A stretch of DNA of 26,092 nucleotides from a virus. Lineage: Duplodnaviria; Caudoviricetes. A program made the position numbers and the translations under genes. Under the pieces are notes generated by a model. The model worked only from the letters and a program-made list of their open reading frames with translations, had not been told where the DNA came from and searched no databases. The DNA lies in IMG/VR virus record IMGVR_UViG_3300005522_000013, positions 1 through 26,092 of that record. One strand, 5' to 3'. Position 1 is the first letter of the stretch; each line of letters begins with the position of its first letter. Shown here one piece after another: positions 25,308-26,092 of this stretch.

Positions 25308-25586
25308 ATGACTGATGCACCAACCAAAGTTAAAGGTAGTTTATATAAACCACCAGTAGAGCGACCAGAAGATACACAGATTTCTCTTGCTGAGTATATT
25401 GAGGATGCTAAGGTACGATGGCAGATACATTTGTATGAGTGGAATGAATTTACCATGGATATACTTGTACCATTTGCTAAGACAACAGTATCTTGGTCTA
25501 AGATTGCTGTTGATAGAGTGAAAGAAGCGTACCATAGTATGGACAGTGGTACTACTGAAGTCAAGACAGATGATACAGCGGTATAA
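25308..25586 (+). CDS. hypothetical protein
   Basis: 92-aa ATG ORF followed immediately by a hairpin. Confidence 0.65.
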   Translation: MTDAPTKVKGSLYKPPVERPEDTQISLAEYIEDAKVRWQIHLYEWNEFTMDILVPFAKTTVSWSKIAVDRVKEAYHSMDSGTTEVKTDDTAV

Positions 25587-25587
25587 T

Positions 25588-25619
25588 GGGAGGACTTCTA
25601 CCAGAAGTCCCTCTCCTTT
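25588..25619 (+). terminator. terminator-like hairpin, followed by late-promoter-like ACTAAATA (25620-25627)
   Basis: GGACTTCT-ACC-AGAAGTCC stem right after the stop codon; short T tail. Confidence 0.55.
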
Positions 25620-25651
25620 ACTAAATACAGTTAGTTACTAATTTTGAGAAA

Positions 25652-25879
25652 ATGAAAGGTACATCAGGCAAGTCTTCAAGTGGGGCATCTATGTCAAAGT
25701 ATGATGTAGAAGTTGAAGAAAGACTTAAGGTATTGGAAGCGGCAGTAGCAGCACTCCAAGCACAACCATCCGGTGGTGGTGGAGATGTTTCAAAACTTAT
25801 TGATAGACTGAATGAGTTTCCCGCTATCACACAGTACTGTACCAAAGATTCAGATGGTGTCAGAAGAATAAAACTCTGA
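25652..25879 (+). CDS. small hypothetical protein
   Basis: 75 aa; GASMSKYDVEVEERLKVLE coiled-coil segment. Confidence 0.7.
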   Translation: MKGTSGKSSSGASMSKYDVEVEERLKVLEAAVAALQAQPSGGGGDVSKLIDRLNEFPAITQYCTKDSDGVRRIKL

Positions 25880-25910
25880 TATAATATTGAAAGTAAAACC
25901 AAAAAAAATT

Positions 25911-26092
25911 ATGAGTGATAATAAAAAGACAGCACTAGTTCTTGGTGCTGGTGGATTTATTGGTAGTCACATGGTGAAGAGACTACGTTCAGAAGGTTAC
26001 TGGGTTCGTGGAGTTGATCTCAAAGAACCAGAATACGGTGAAACAGAAGCAGATGAATTCATCGTTGGTGACCTTCGTGACGTAGATCTTGT
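25911..26092 (+). CDS. NAD-dependent nucleotide-sugar epimerase/dehydratase, N-terminal part (runs off window)
   Basis: Manual translation MSDNKKTALVLGAGGFIGSHMVKRLRSEGYWVRGVDLK with Rossmann GxxGxxG motif. Confidence 0.92.
   Translation, partial: MSDNKKTALVLGAGGFIGSHMVKRLRSEGYWVRGVDLKEPEYGETEADEFIVGDLRDVDL

Overview
A segment of a T4-like marine cyanophage (Kyanoviridae-type myovirus); all credible genes are on the + strand. The core backbone is uvsX (partial), gp41 helicase, mazG, a late/virion block, gp61 primase, nrdA, nrdB, a GIY-YIG nuclease, two tRNAs (Arg-TCT and a CAT-anticodon tRNA) and the start of a sugar-nucleotide gene region. An accessory island between mazG and the late block holds the main points of interest. 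(1) PurH is split into two genes in reversed domain order, in frame across one TAA. (2) There is a DNA cytosine hypermodification cassette: a CmoA-like carboxy-SAM synthase, a ParB/Srx-like gene, a glutaminase-less asparagine-synthetase-like amide ligase, and a C5 DNA methyltransferase with motif X Asn replaced by Arg, the signature expected of a carboxymethyltransferase. (3) An 869-aa probable virion-internal protein carries a Cas9-like HNH domain and is coupled to a small acidic protein, resembling a nuclease/immunity pair. Several unexplained structured non-coding elements are also present. All calls come from motif recognition by eye; no searches were run.
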